A stretch of 64,000 bases of DNA from NCBI GenBank assembly GCA_964016885.1, contig CAXHJY010000624.1, forward strand, positions 4,220 to 68,219, in the 5' to 3' direction. This DNA is from Eledone cirrhosa (lineage: Eukaryota). The translations under genes were made by a program, and so were the position numbers. Of the stretch, positions 26,608-40,501 are shown in pieces. Positions within the stretch are counted from its first letter, which is position 1. Each line of letters begins with the position of its first letter. The notes beneath the pieces are model-generated. The model ran no database searches and was not told the origin of the DNA. It worked only from the letters and a program-made list of their open reading frames with translations.

Positions 26608-27045
26608 TAAACGTAATGAAGGAGTAACCATTCGTCCTTGTATTACTATATTATATTATATTATATTATATTATTAAAGTACCAGTAATGCACTGGGTAA
26701 TTGCTGGCCTTGTGCCTAAAGTAGAAACAATTATTATATTACACTCTAGGGCGGTGAATTGGCAGTATCGGTAGAGGGTTGGACGCCATGCTTTCTAGCA
26801 TAGTTACGTCCCGTTACGGTCTGAGTTCAAATCCCGCCGAGGTTCACTTAGCCTTTCATCCTTACACTGGTCGATAAAATAAAGTACCAGTAATGTACTG
26901 AGATAATTGCTGGCCTTGTGCCAAAAGTAGAAACACTTATCATATTACACACTGTCTAACTCTACACCGCGATACTGATGTGAACCTGAACATCGAGTGC
27001 TCGCCCGGGTGAACCTACAGTAACTCCACGTTACACTCCCTGGAT
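26608..27045. mobile_element. Family B PLE-like copy interrupted by SINE insertions
   Basis: 26608-26640 and 26950-27045 are together the reverse complement of about 748-895; the gap is filled by SINE sequence. Confidence 0.6.
26749..26940 (+). mobile_element. tRNA-derived SINE family 1, full length
   Basis: A-box TGGCAGTATCGG, B-box GAGTTCAAATCCC, body GCCTTTCATCCTTAC..GTCGATAAAATAAAGTACCAG, tail GTAGAAAC. An extra 3' fragment lies at 26674-26736. Confidence 0.85.
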
Positions 27046-27088
27046 GGATTGATATATATATATATATATATATGAAATGTATGGCCTT

Positions 27089-27169
27089 ACACACGCTGAT
27101 GAACCGAGACTAGACCATTTCTTTCAACAAATTTTTTGGTGAAACATATCTTTGGATTTGTACGTGTGT
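27089..27169 (+). ncRNA. Type I hammerhead ribozyme (PLE-associated)
   Basis: Stem I ACACACG/CGTGTGT; core CTGATGA 27096-27102; stem II ACCGAGA/TTTTGGT (with GU pairs); GAAA 27141-27144; stem III CATATC-TTTG-GATTTG (one mismatch); cleavage triplet GUA 27160-27162. Confidence 0.85.
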
Positions 27170-27579
27170 TATATAGTTATAAAGGTATTTATTTACGCTT
27201 TAATTTATATTTTTAATTATCGTGTCTATAGTCTGCCTTTCATAGGTTATAGATTCCATACACTGGTGGTTTTTTTCCCTGTATTATTGGTAACGCACTA
27301 TATATCTCTCTCTGGTGTGTTACCTTCTCAACATATTATATTTTAAAGGGCTCAGGATCTCTTCCCCTTTGAGCACATTATTTACAGGGAATAACGACGG
27401 CCTATGCCTCCGTTAATTTATCGTGATATATATATATATATATATTTATTGGTTCTTATATATTTGATATATATTTATCCTTATCGAGCCCTCTTTGGAT
27501 TTTAGTCTTCAAATTTATTATTATTATTACTATATATATTAACCCTTGTGGTTAATAAAGAAAACATTATTACTATATA

Positions 27580-27855
27580 TATAGGAACGAGTGGGACCCC
27601 GACGGCTGAGCTCAAGCCGTTTCGATGGCTAATTCTGGACTAAATGAAAATTTTTATCCTGGTATATTAATAGCCGAGCTTCTCATATATTCATATACCA
27701 CGATAAACATTTCATTTAGTCCAGAATTAGCCGTCGAAACGGCTTGAGCTCAGCCGTCGGGGTCCCACTCGTTCCTATTACCCACTCTACTACCCCAAGT
27801 ATTGAGTACTTTGGTGCGTTATGGTCCACCTGGTTCCTTACCACATTTCCTTCGT

Positions 27856-27856
<1 letters not shown>
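27580..27856. mobile_element. Family D fold-back element with long spacer
   Basis: Arms about 27581-27649 / 27709-27778; partly self-complementary spacer of about 60 nt; shared tail to (TA)n. Confidence 0.75.
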
Positions 27857-27886
<30 letters not shown>

Positions 27887-28057
27887 TGATATTGGTACCG
27901 TCTCAATAAACCACAGATCTACTGAATCACATAATCTCTCTCTCCCTCTCTCTCTATATATATATACACATACACCACAAAAAATAGGTACACACATACT
28001 CATATATATATGTATATACATACATAAATAAATAAATACACATACATCTACCTACTT

Positions 28058-28108
<51 letters not shown>

Positions 28109-28410
28109 AATATTCAATAATAATAATAAAATAATTTCTTTGTCAGTTAATTCAATATTGTTTTCCACCCGTAACACTCCCCACCAACGTTACTGTTATA
28201 ATATATAATACATTATATCGCCATGTTTAATCTTAATTTAAAAAAAAAAAAAAAACTGAACTGAAAAGCAATTTCTGGTAAAAGAGTAAAACAACAACAA
28301 CAACAACAACATCTACAAGGCCCCCCCCCCAAAACAACAACAAAAATAAGACTATAATGACAACAACAATAACTACAACCAAAACAACACAGCATTGAAC
28401 GTCAGACAAA

Positions 28411-28429
28411 ATGGCGGTTTACTATGTGC
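28411..28429 (+). CDS. Possible short first coding exon (MAVYYV + phase 1) of an unidentified gene
   Basis: CAAAATGGCGG start context followed 19 nt later by the consensus donor GTGAGT (28430-28435); no homology recognised. Confidence 0.25.
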
Positions 28430-28566
28430 GTGAGTAAATGTGTGTGTGAAAGTGTGTGTGAAAGTGTGTGTGAAAGTGTGTGTGTGTGTGTTAAGTTTCT
28501 ATTAATTAAAGCTATTATAATATATCTTGGTGTAGTTAATTTATAAAAACGACACACGCACGTATG

Positions 28567-28597
<31 letters not shown>

Positions 28598-28760
28598 TTA
28601 TATCTACATACATGTTATATATATTTACACACAGACACAAACACACACATATAATATATATATATATATATTATATATAAATTTTTACACACACACACAT
28701 ATATTTTCTTATTTACTTAACCAGAGAGATCGACTCACAGACATATACATATATACACAT

Positions 28761-28794
<34 letters not shown>

Positions 28795-28935
28795 TACATA
28801 TATTAAGAGAAGGAGTGGGTGAGAGAAAGTGGGGGGGGGGATTCTAACATTTCTAATCTTGTTAATAATGAAAATCTGTTCAAGACTTCTAAATAAATGA
28901 AGTTAGATTGAAACAAACACCGCACTATATATATA

Positions 28936-28985
<50 letters not shown>

Positions 28986-29557
28986 GGGGGGGGGGGAGAT
29001 ACGTGTACTTTAATATATATATATATCCACACACACATGTATATATATATATATATATATACATGTGTGTATATATATGTATGTCATACCTACCTGAAAG
29101 AAAAGAAAATCAAGAATAATAAATAGATCAATAAATATAAATTTAATATCGATATTAAAAAAGTAAAACTATTTAACAATCACGGCGATAAGTGTTTCGA
29201 TATTGAAAGGATAGAAATGAAAGGAAAGGAAAGGAAACAAGAACAGAGAAGAAAAGAGAAAAGAATTCATCAGGAGGACTTCAAAGAAATATTATTATTA
29301 GTTTAAATTAAAGCATTTTAAAAATGTGATGCAATTTGATTTACGATGCTAATGCCGTCTCTGCTACTACTGTTGTGACACTACTACTACTACTACTACC
29401 ACCACCACCACCACTGCCACTACCATTACGACCACTACTATTACCACCACCATTACCACCATTATTACTACAACTACTACTACCACTACCAACTACTGCC
29501 ACTACCATTACGACCACTACTATTACCACTACCATTACCACCACTATTACTACCACC

Positions 29558-29589
<32 letters not shown>

Positions 29590-30190
29590 CAACTACTGCC
29601 ACTACCATTACGACCACTACTATTACCACCACCACCATTACCACCACTACTGCTACTACTACTACTAATATTACTACTACTGCTACTACTAACACCTCTA
29701 CAACTAACACTACCCCATCCACCACTAAAACTACCAACACCCCTACGACTACTACCACCACTACTACAACTACAACTAATACCACTGCTACCACCACCTC
29801 CACAACTAATATAACCCCCACCACTACAAAATCTACCACAACTACTACCATCACTATAATTACTACTACCACCCTTATTACCTCTACTACTACTACTACT
29901 ACTAACACTACAATCAATACCACTACTATTACTGTCACTACCACCACCACAGTACTATCACCGCTACTACTACTACTACTAAATTTACTACCAATACCCC
30001 TACTATTATTAGTACGACCACCTGTACGATTACCATCACCACTACTAAAACTACCACTACTACTATTACTATCAGCACCACCACTACTACTAAGACTATC
30101 ACACCCACCTACCACTACTGTTATTATCACCACCCCACCATCACTACTACTACTACTACTACTACAAAAGCTACCACCAAAGCTACTACT

Positions 30191-30372
30191 ATTGGCAGTA
30201 TCGGTAGAGGGTTGGACGCCATGCTTTCCAACATATTTACGTCCCTTTACGATCTGAGTTCAAATCCCGCCGAGGTTGACTTTGCCTTTCATCCTTACGG
30301 GGTCGATAAAATAAAGTACCAGTAATGCACTGGGTAATTGCTGGCCTTGTGCCTAAAGTAGAGACAATTATT
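30191..30372 (+). mobile_element. SINE family 1
   Basis: Same head, B-box and body. Confidence 0.85.
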
Positions 30373-30820
30373 ATCATTATCACCACCTTTATTACCACCA
30401 CTATTACTACTATTATCAATACTACTATTACTATCATCACCATTACCACCACCACCAACACTACTACTACTACCAATACTACTACTACTACTGTTATTGC
30501 TATTTTGTTAATTTAATGATTTTTTTAAATATTTCTTTTCTCTCTTTTTCATCTCCTCCTTCACCATCCCCATCTTATCCTTGTTCACCTTTCATTTCCT
30601 TCCTTCATCTTGTATTAAATCGATATCTGGACCAATATTCTATATTTAATGAGTGTATTGAAAATCAGAAGGGCTGGAAAAATAATCGTATGAAATAGTT
30701 ACATAGAGGTTCATTTAGTTCCATTCCTTTAGTAACTGGGAGTTCGAGTTTAAACCCCACCCAAAGGGGAACTTTTCCTTTCATCCTTCTTGGATTGATG
30801 AAATAAGAACCAGTAATATA

Positions 30821-31517
30821 GGCGGCGAATTGGCAGAGTTGTTAGAACGTCAGATAGAATGGCAGAGTGGTTAGAACGTCAGATAGAATGGCAGAATGGT
30901 TAGAACGTCAGATAGAATGGTAGAGTTGTTAGAACGTCAGATAGAATGGTAGAGTTGTTAGAACGTCAGATAGAATGGTAGAGTTGTTAGAACGTCAGAT
31001 AGAATGGCAGAGTTGTTAGAACGTCAGATAGAATGGCAGAGTTGTTAGAACGTCAGATAGAATGGCAGAGTTGTTAGAACGGCAGAGTGGCTAGAACGTC
31101 AGATAGAATGGCAGAGTGGTTAGAACGTCAGATAGAATGGCAGAGTTGTTAGAACGTCAGATAGAATGGCCGAGTGGTTAGAACGTCAGATAGAATGGCA
31201 GAGTGGTTAGAACGTCAGATAGAATGGCAGAGTGGTTAGAACGTCAGATAGAATGGCAGAGTGGTTAGAACGTCAGATAGAATGGCAGAGTGGTTAGAAC
31301 GTCAGATAGAATGGCAGAGTGGTTAGAACGTCAGATAGAATGGCAAAGTGGTTAGAACGTCAGATAGAATGGCAAAGTGGTTAGAACGTCAGATAGAATG
31401 GCAGAGTGGTTAGAACGTCAGATAGAATGGCAGAGTGGTTAGAACGTCAGATAGAATAGCAGAGTGGTTAGAACGTCAGATAGAATGGTAGAGTTGTTAG
31501 AACGTCAGATAGAATGC
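30821..31517 (+). repeat. 29-bp minisatellite derived from a SINE head (about 24 copies)
   Basis: Unit TGGCAGAGTGGTTAGAACGTCAGATAGAA, preceded by the SINE start GGCGGCGAAT. Confidence 0.9.
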
Positions 31518-31551
31518 TCTGAAGCTCTCCCCTCTGAGACGCGTATTTCTA

Positions 31552-32235
31552 CCAGAAATTACCCCGACATACATATTTCACCTAGAAATTATTCCGACAT
31601 AAGTCTTTTCTCCACAAAGTACCCCGATACACTTCTTTAAGTCTGAAATTACCCCGACATATGCCTTTCAATCAGAAAGTACCCGACATATGCCTTTCAA
31701 TCAGAAAGTACCCGACATATGCCTTTCAATCAGAAAGTACCCGACATACACCTCTCAATGAGAAAGTACCCGACATATGCCTTTCAATCAGAAAGTACCC
31801 GACATATGCCTTTCAATCAGAAAGTACCCGACATACACCTCTCAATGAGAAATTACCCCGACATATGCCTTTCAATCAGAAAGTACCCGACATACATCTC
31901 TCAATAAGAAAGTACCCGACATATGCCTTTCAATCAGAAAGTACCCGACATACACCTCTCAATAAGAAAGTACCCGACATATGCCTTTCAATCAGAAAGT
32001 ACCCGACATATGCCTTTCAATCAGAAAGTACCCGATATATGCCTTTAATCAGAAAGTACCCGACATACACCTCTCAATGAGAAAGTATCCGACATACACC
32101 TTTCAAGAAGAAAGAATCTCGACATGCGTGTTTCTATCATAAAGTCCCTCGACATACGTATTTCTGCCACACAAATTTCATCCAGAAAGTGACCCGATAT
32201 ACGTCATTCATCCAGAAAGTGACCCGATATACGTC
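31552..32235. repeat. 29-bp minisatellite AGAAAGTACCCGACATATGCCTTTCAATC with variant units
   Basis: About 15 well-conserved units (31660-32100) and decayed flanking units. Confidence 0.9.
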
Positions 32236-32864
32236 TGTCTGTATGCTTGTTTGTTTGTCCCTTCTGTCTAAAGCATTTCCAGTCTGTCTTTCTGTCTGTT
32301 CTCTCTAAAACACTGTCAATCTGTCTGTCACTTCTGTCTAAAACACTATCTGCCTGTCTGTCTCTATGTCTAAATCACTGTCTGTCTGTCTGTCTGTCTG
32401 TCTGCGGGCCTATCTGTCAGTTTGTCAGTCTGTCAAAATCACTGTCTGCCTGTCTGTCTATCTGTGCGTGCCTCTGTGTCAGTTTATCTGCCTGTGTGTC
32501 ACTCTGCCTGACTCTTCTGTCTAAAACACTAAATCTGTGACCTTTAACCTCTTAGTTTTCAATGACACGAGACGACAAAGATGTTTGGATGATGACGATG
32601 GTGATGACTACCGGTGATTGTTATCGTCTCTCTCTCTCTCTCTCTCTTTTACCTTATCTACAAGTAATGTGTTGTTTTCTTTCATGTTGTACACGTTGAC
32701 ATCCTTAATTCCAGCTTTAACGGTTTCGCGCCCTGCCTATTCCCGGCCGCACCACAACAACCTCGGGACATACAAATCTATTGAAGATATATTCTTATCT
32801 TCATCATCATCATCATCACTATAGTTATCTTTATAAATGTGTATGTGGGTCTATGACTATATAC

Positions 32865-34141
<1,277 letters not shown>

Positions 34142-34502
34142 TCTTCAAACTTGCAATTTTATGTATATATATATATATATATGCACGTATATATAATAGG
34201 TATGTGTGTATTTGTATGTATACGTTTATTTGTGTCCCCATGCTGTATATATTCTTAACAGTGCGTATTATATGCACATATATATATACACACACATATA
34301 TATGCGTACGTACACACATAAAGACACATACATATATGCATACATACATACATACACATATATATATATACACACACACACATGTATGCATACATATACA
34401 GATACGTACATTATACATATATATATACACACACACACATATATATACACACACACACATATACACACACACATATATACACATATATACACACACACAC
34501 AC

Positions 34503-34551
<49 letters not shown>

Positions 34552-36687
34552 TTAATACATCAGTACTAAAAGCACGGCGCCGATTGTTAAGGGATGCCGG
34601 ATTATAGATTTTGGTCAATATTGTGGGGTTGGGGGTGAGTGGAATGGTGTGGTAGGGAATTAAACGGAAACATTCTTGGTAGAGTGAGAGAGAGAGAGAG
34701 AGAGTGTGTGTATATGTGAGAGAGAGAGAGAGTGTGTATATGTGAGAGAGAGAGAGAGTGTGTATATGAGAGAGAGAGAGAGAGAGTGTGTATATGTGAG
34801 AGAGAGAAGCGAGGATGTGTAATTTGTATATGTATCATGTTATGTTTGTATTGTACTGTACTGGATTGTTGTTGTTATTGTTGTTAGTGTTGTTATGGTT
34901 GTTATTGTTAGTGTTATTATTATTATTGTTAGTGTTGTTATGGTTGTTATTGTTAGTGTTATGGTTGTTATTGTTAGTGTTGTTATGGTTGTTATTGTTA
35001 GTGTTGTTATGGTTGTTATTGTTAGTGTTGTTAGTGTTATTATTATTGTTATTGTTACGGTTGTTATTGTTAGTGTTGTTATGGTTGTTATTGTTAGTGT
35101 TATGGTTGTTATTGTTAGTGTTGTTATGGTTGTTATTGTTAGTGTTGTTATGGTTGTTATTGTTAGTGTTGTTAGTGTTATTATTATTGTTATTGTTACG
35201 GTTGTTATTGTTAGTGTTGTTATGGTTGTTATTGTTAGTGTTATGGTTGTTATTGTTAGTGTTGTTATGGTTGTTATTGTTAGTGTTGTTATGGTTGTTA
35301 TTGTTATGGTTGTTGTTAGTGTTGTTAGTGTTGTTAGTGTTGTTAGTGTTGTTAGTGTTGTTAGTGTTGTTGTTGTTAGTGTTGTTGTTAGTGTTGTTGT
35401 TGTTAGTGTTGTTGTTAGTGTTGTTGTAATGATATTTTGGTTAGTTTTGCTTTGTTTTGTTTAGTTTTCTATTTATTGCTCATTTGTGTGTTTCGTTAGA
35501 AACCCTCAATATGTTTGTAGTGCGGTTATGTTTAGCTTTTATATCCTCAATGAATATATAATCGAAAAGGAAACAACGCCTTCTAATGTGTTGCCTCGAC
35601 CCTCCCTTAACTCCCTTCCGTCCTCCCCCCAGTCCACTTGCACCCCTTGCAGTCACAACGCCATATTCATTGCCCCACACCCGATCTATGTCCACCCCCG
35701 CAGTCCCAAGGCCGTATTCAATCCCTCACACCCTAATCTGTTCCACCCACACCGCCATTGTACAATACAAGGCCATACACCCCAATCTATGTCCACATAC
35801 ACCACCCCTGCACTTCCAAGGACATATTCGTTGTCTCACACCCCGATCCAAGTCCATCTACACCACCACTGCTACCATACAAGGCCATATACATTGCCTC
35901 ACCCCTATCTATGTCCACATACACCACCCCTGCAGTCCCAAGGCCATTTTCATTGCGTCACCCCCCCCCCCCCCCCTATCTAAGTCCATCCGCAACCCCC
36001 GACACACCAAGGCCATATACCTCGCCTCACCCCCCCCCAAGTCCATCAACACCATCGCCGACATGACACAGCAAGGCTGTATTCCAGCCATTCACCGCTG
36101 CCACCGCCGCCGACATACCAAGGCCCTATTCTCCCACCGCTACTCTACCACCACACCAAAACCCCTCCTCTCTCCTATATACACACAACACCGTGTTCTT
36201 TGCTTGACCTACGGGGTTAAGAGATTTAGATTGGACGTGATAGTTGAATCGGAAATGGCAAGCAATAAGCTCGGATGTGGCCGAATCTGGAATTACGTTT
36301 CATCGATGTGGCCAACAAACAATTATGCAAGATAATGGCGTTGCCATTGAACAGTGAGGCTGGGGTAGCCACGGCGGCGGTGGTGGTGGTGGTGGTGGTG
36401 GTGGTGTTGTTGTTGTTGTGGTTATGGTATCGATATAGTGGTGTTCCAGGGAGCAACACATACGTAGATGCAAGTACGAACGTGCATACATACACATCCT
36501 ATATTTCTCTCTCTCTCTATATATATATACATATACACACACACACACATATATACACACATATATACGCACATATATATATACACACACACATTATATA
36601 TATATATATATATACATACATACACACATATATATATACATATATACATATATATATACATATATACATATATATATACATATATAC

Positions 36688-36730
<43 letters not shown>

Positions 36731-36830
36731 CATATATATATATATATACATACATATATATACATACACACATATATATACATACACACATATATATATA
36801 TATATACATATATTCTATATATATATACAT

Positions 36831-36873
<43 letters not shown>

Positions 36874-37632
36874 TTCTATATATATATACATACACACATA
36901 TATTATATATATATCGAACCAGACAAATTGAATTTGTGCTAGCCCGCCGAACTTTCCTCTTGGTGCATGAGAGAGAGACAGAGAGAGAGACAGAGAGAGA
37001 GACAGAGAGAGAGAGAGAGACAGAGAGAGAGACTGAGATAGAGACACAGAGAGAGACACAGAGAGAGACACAGAGAGAGAGACAGAGAGAGACAGAGAGA
37101 GAGAGACAGAGAGAGATAAAGCGAGACAGAGAGACAGAGAGAGACAGGAAACCAACAAAATACAATCCAGAGATTCTTATTCAATAAATTCCACACATAC
37201 ACCCAGACACACACACACACAACACACACACACACGTATACATACACACACACAAAGAAAAATGGACGATTTTATTGTTTGTTTGTTTATTTATTTGGGG
37301 TTTTGTACTTTTTTTGTTGAGATAAGAAACCGTTTGGACAAGAATAAAATGTCGGACAGAAGGAAGTGGACAGTAGAAGGATATTAACATATGTGTGGCT
37401 AACTTTCTTATTTAATCAACCTACTCACCTCTCCCTCCTCCTCTTCTATATTGTTGTGGCGTTTCGCTCTCAGTGTTCTATAGTCAAAATATTTCACTCA
37501 CTCACTCTTAACCTCTTCTCTTCTCACCCTCTCTACTGAACCCCTTGCTCTATTGCTATTGTTCTATCTCTGTGTTTCTCTCTCCTGCTAACCTATATAT
37601 CCATCTCTCTCCTGCTATCCTGACTGTCCGTT

Positions 37633-37694
<62 letters not shown>

Positions 37695-37710
37695 TGTGTG
37701 TGTGTGTGTG

Positions 37711-37744
<34 letters not shown>

Positions 37745-38004
37745 TGTGTGTGTGTAACCAAAAGTTTGTATATGGATTTGACTTAGGTATGTGTATATAT
37801 ATATTTCTGTATCTACAAACGTATTCCCACATACACCCCCCCTCTCTCATGTGTGTGTGTGTGTGTGACTCGTCTACTTGTTCCGGAATGAACGGTAACG
37901 ACCTTAATGTACGGAAACTCTAGTGATTTTCAGAGATTGACTGTCCGTCTTTCCGTTTTCGTTTTCAATTGTCTTTGTCCTGTGTATACCTTATTTTGAA
38001 TATT

Positions 38005-38058
<54 letters not shown>

Positions 38059-38225
38059 ATAATAAAAAGGACGATTTGTTAAGTCTTCAATAAGTTTGAG
38101 TAGTGACGCGCGTTTCGCTATTGATCAGCTCAAGGTTCGATCTGTATCGATCTGGCCCCACTCTGGAATCAAAAGCTCGTCGGACTTCTGTTATTGTAAT
38201 GACAGAATAAATAAATACATATATG

Positions 38226-38277
38226 CTTCGGATCTAACTGTCGAAACGGTCGGAGCTCATCCGTCGTGGTCCTGACC
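38226..38277 (+). mobile_element. Family D single-arm fragment
   Basis: TTCGGATCTAACTGTCGAAACGGTCGGAGCTCATCCGTCG matches the second-subfamily arm. Confidence 0.55.
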
Positions 38278-38279
38278 CC

Positions 38280-38330
<51 letters not shown>

Positions 38331-38391
38331 CCCCTCTCTCTCTCTATAATATATATATATATATATATATATACCCCTCTCTCTCTCTATA

Positions 38392-38426
<35 letters not shown>

Positions 38427-38626
38427 TACATACACTCGCCTATAGGTTGTATCTGACAGAAATGCACTTTACGTTAGAGAGCGAAAACAAGATAAATGTG
38501 TGGCAGAATATACACAGTTTGTATCACATATTTATTTCATCAACCGCATATCTCGTGTCATCGTTTACCTTCCCTACTTCTCATAGGTCACTCTTGTTCA
38601 TACAATGACATAAAATAAGGTTGTAC

Positions 38627-38670
<44 letters not shown>

Positions 38671-38678
38671 GCACACAC

Positions 38679-38810
<132 letters not shown>

Positions 38811-40501
38811 CTACACACACACACATATGTATATATACCTGCGCACACACATATATATAGATATGCATACATATATGCTTATATATATACACACATATAC
38901 GCGCACACATATATATATATATATTTACTGTGTCCACTACTTTTAACAACACACACAAAATACAATACGATTACTGAAAATGATGAATAATATTAAGAAA
39001 AAGAAGAAAAAGAAAAAGAAGAAAAAGAAGAAAAAGAAGAAAAAGAAGAAAAAGAAGAAAAAGAAGAAGCAGAAGAAAAAGAAGAAAAAGAAGTAGAAGA
39101 AAAAATAAGAAGTAATAAACAAATATGACCGAAAGAGAAAGAAATAGATAACAACAAGAACAACAACATCATCATCAACAATAACAATGACGACAACAAC
39201 AACAACAGTACCACAACAACAACAATACCACAACAACATCAACAATAACCACCACGACATCAACAAAAACAACGACGACATCAACAAAAACAACGACAAC
39301 ATCAACAATAACAACGACAACATCAACAATAACAACGACAACATCAACAATAACAACGACAACATCAACAATAACAACGACAACATCAACAATAACAACG
39401 ACGACATCAACAATAACAACGACGACATCAACAATAACATCAACAACATCAACAAAAACAACAATAACGACGACAAAGAACCTCGGGCGCGAAATTAGTA
39501 TTCATGACGATCATTTTTTTTATTTTAATGGCCGGCCTTGATAACAATCTTAATATGGCCGGCCACAAAAGCTGAGATTCTGCTTAATATCCACTATTTC
39601 CCGCCAATTACGGAAGCTATAAAAATGAGGCTAGCACAAATTCTCTCGACTCCTTTTCTTTCTTTCCAGAATTTCATTTATTTTTATTTATTTTTTCTCA
39701 TAATCGTTCATTTAATCATTCATTTTTTCTTTCTTTTAACTAAGTTTTTTCTTTTAACTAGGTTTTTTTCTTAATTTTTCCCCCTTTCTCTTTCATTTTG
39801 GAACTTCATTTCTTTTTATTTATCTTTTCATAATTGTTCTTTCTTTTTTCTTTCATTCGTTCTTTCATTCTTTCTTTTTTTCTATTTTCATTTCTTCACT
39901 TCCTTAATTCCTTCCTTTTTTTTTTCATAATTTCATTCCTTTGTATTTATCTTTTCATAATCGTTCATTCAAACATTTTCTTAATTTTTTCCTTTACTTT
40001 CTTTCATAACTTCAGTTCTTTTTATTTATCTTTTCATAATCGTTCTTTCTTTTACTTTCATTCTTTTATTTTCATTTCTTATATTTTTCAATTTCTTCAC
40101 TTCCCTATTTCCTTCCTTCTTTTTTCATAATCGTTCATTCAAACATTCATTCTTTCTTGATTTTTTCCTTTCCTTCACTTTCTTTCATAAATTCATTTCT
40201 TTTTATATATCTTTTCATAATTGTTCGTTCACTCCTTCCTCTCTTTCCAGAGTTTTATTTCTTTCCTTTAGCTTTCATTTCAGTTTATTCTTAGGTGCTA
40301 TCGTTTATTCTTTTCTTTCCTTCTGTTATAATTTCTTTTCCTTTTCCTTCAACGTTTCCTTCACTTCATCTTTTCGTTTCTCTTAAGATTGCCATTTTTA
40401 TTGTTATTCTTTCGTCTTTCTTATTTTCTTCCTTCACCACCACGGGTCTGTTTTTCTTTTATTTTCTTCTTTACTGATTTTCATTTTTATAGTTTTTATT
40501 A

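Noticed and set aside
30821-32235. CRISPR-like appearance of 29-bp repeats
   Set aside because: Units are head-to-tail with no unique spacers, there are no cas genes, and the context is eukaryotic.
37868-37950. Hammerhead-like GAAACTCT...AGAG segment
   Set aside because: Core and cleavage triplet are too degenerate to call.
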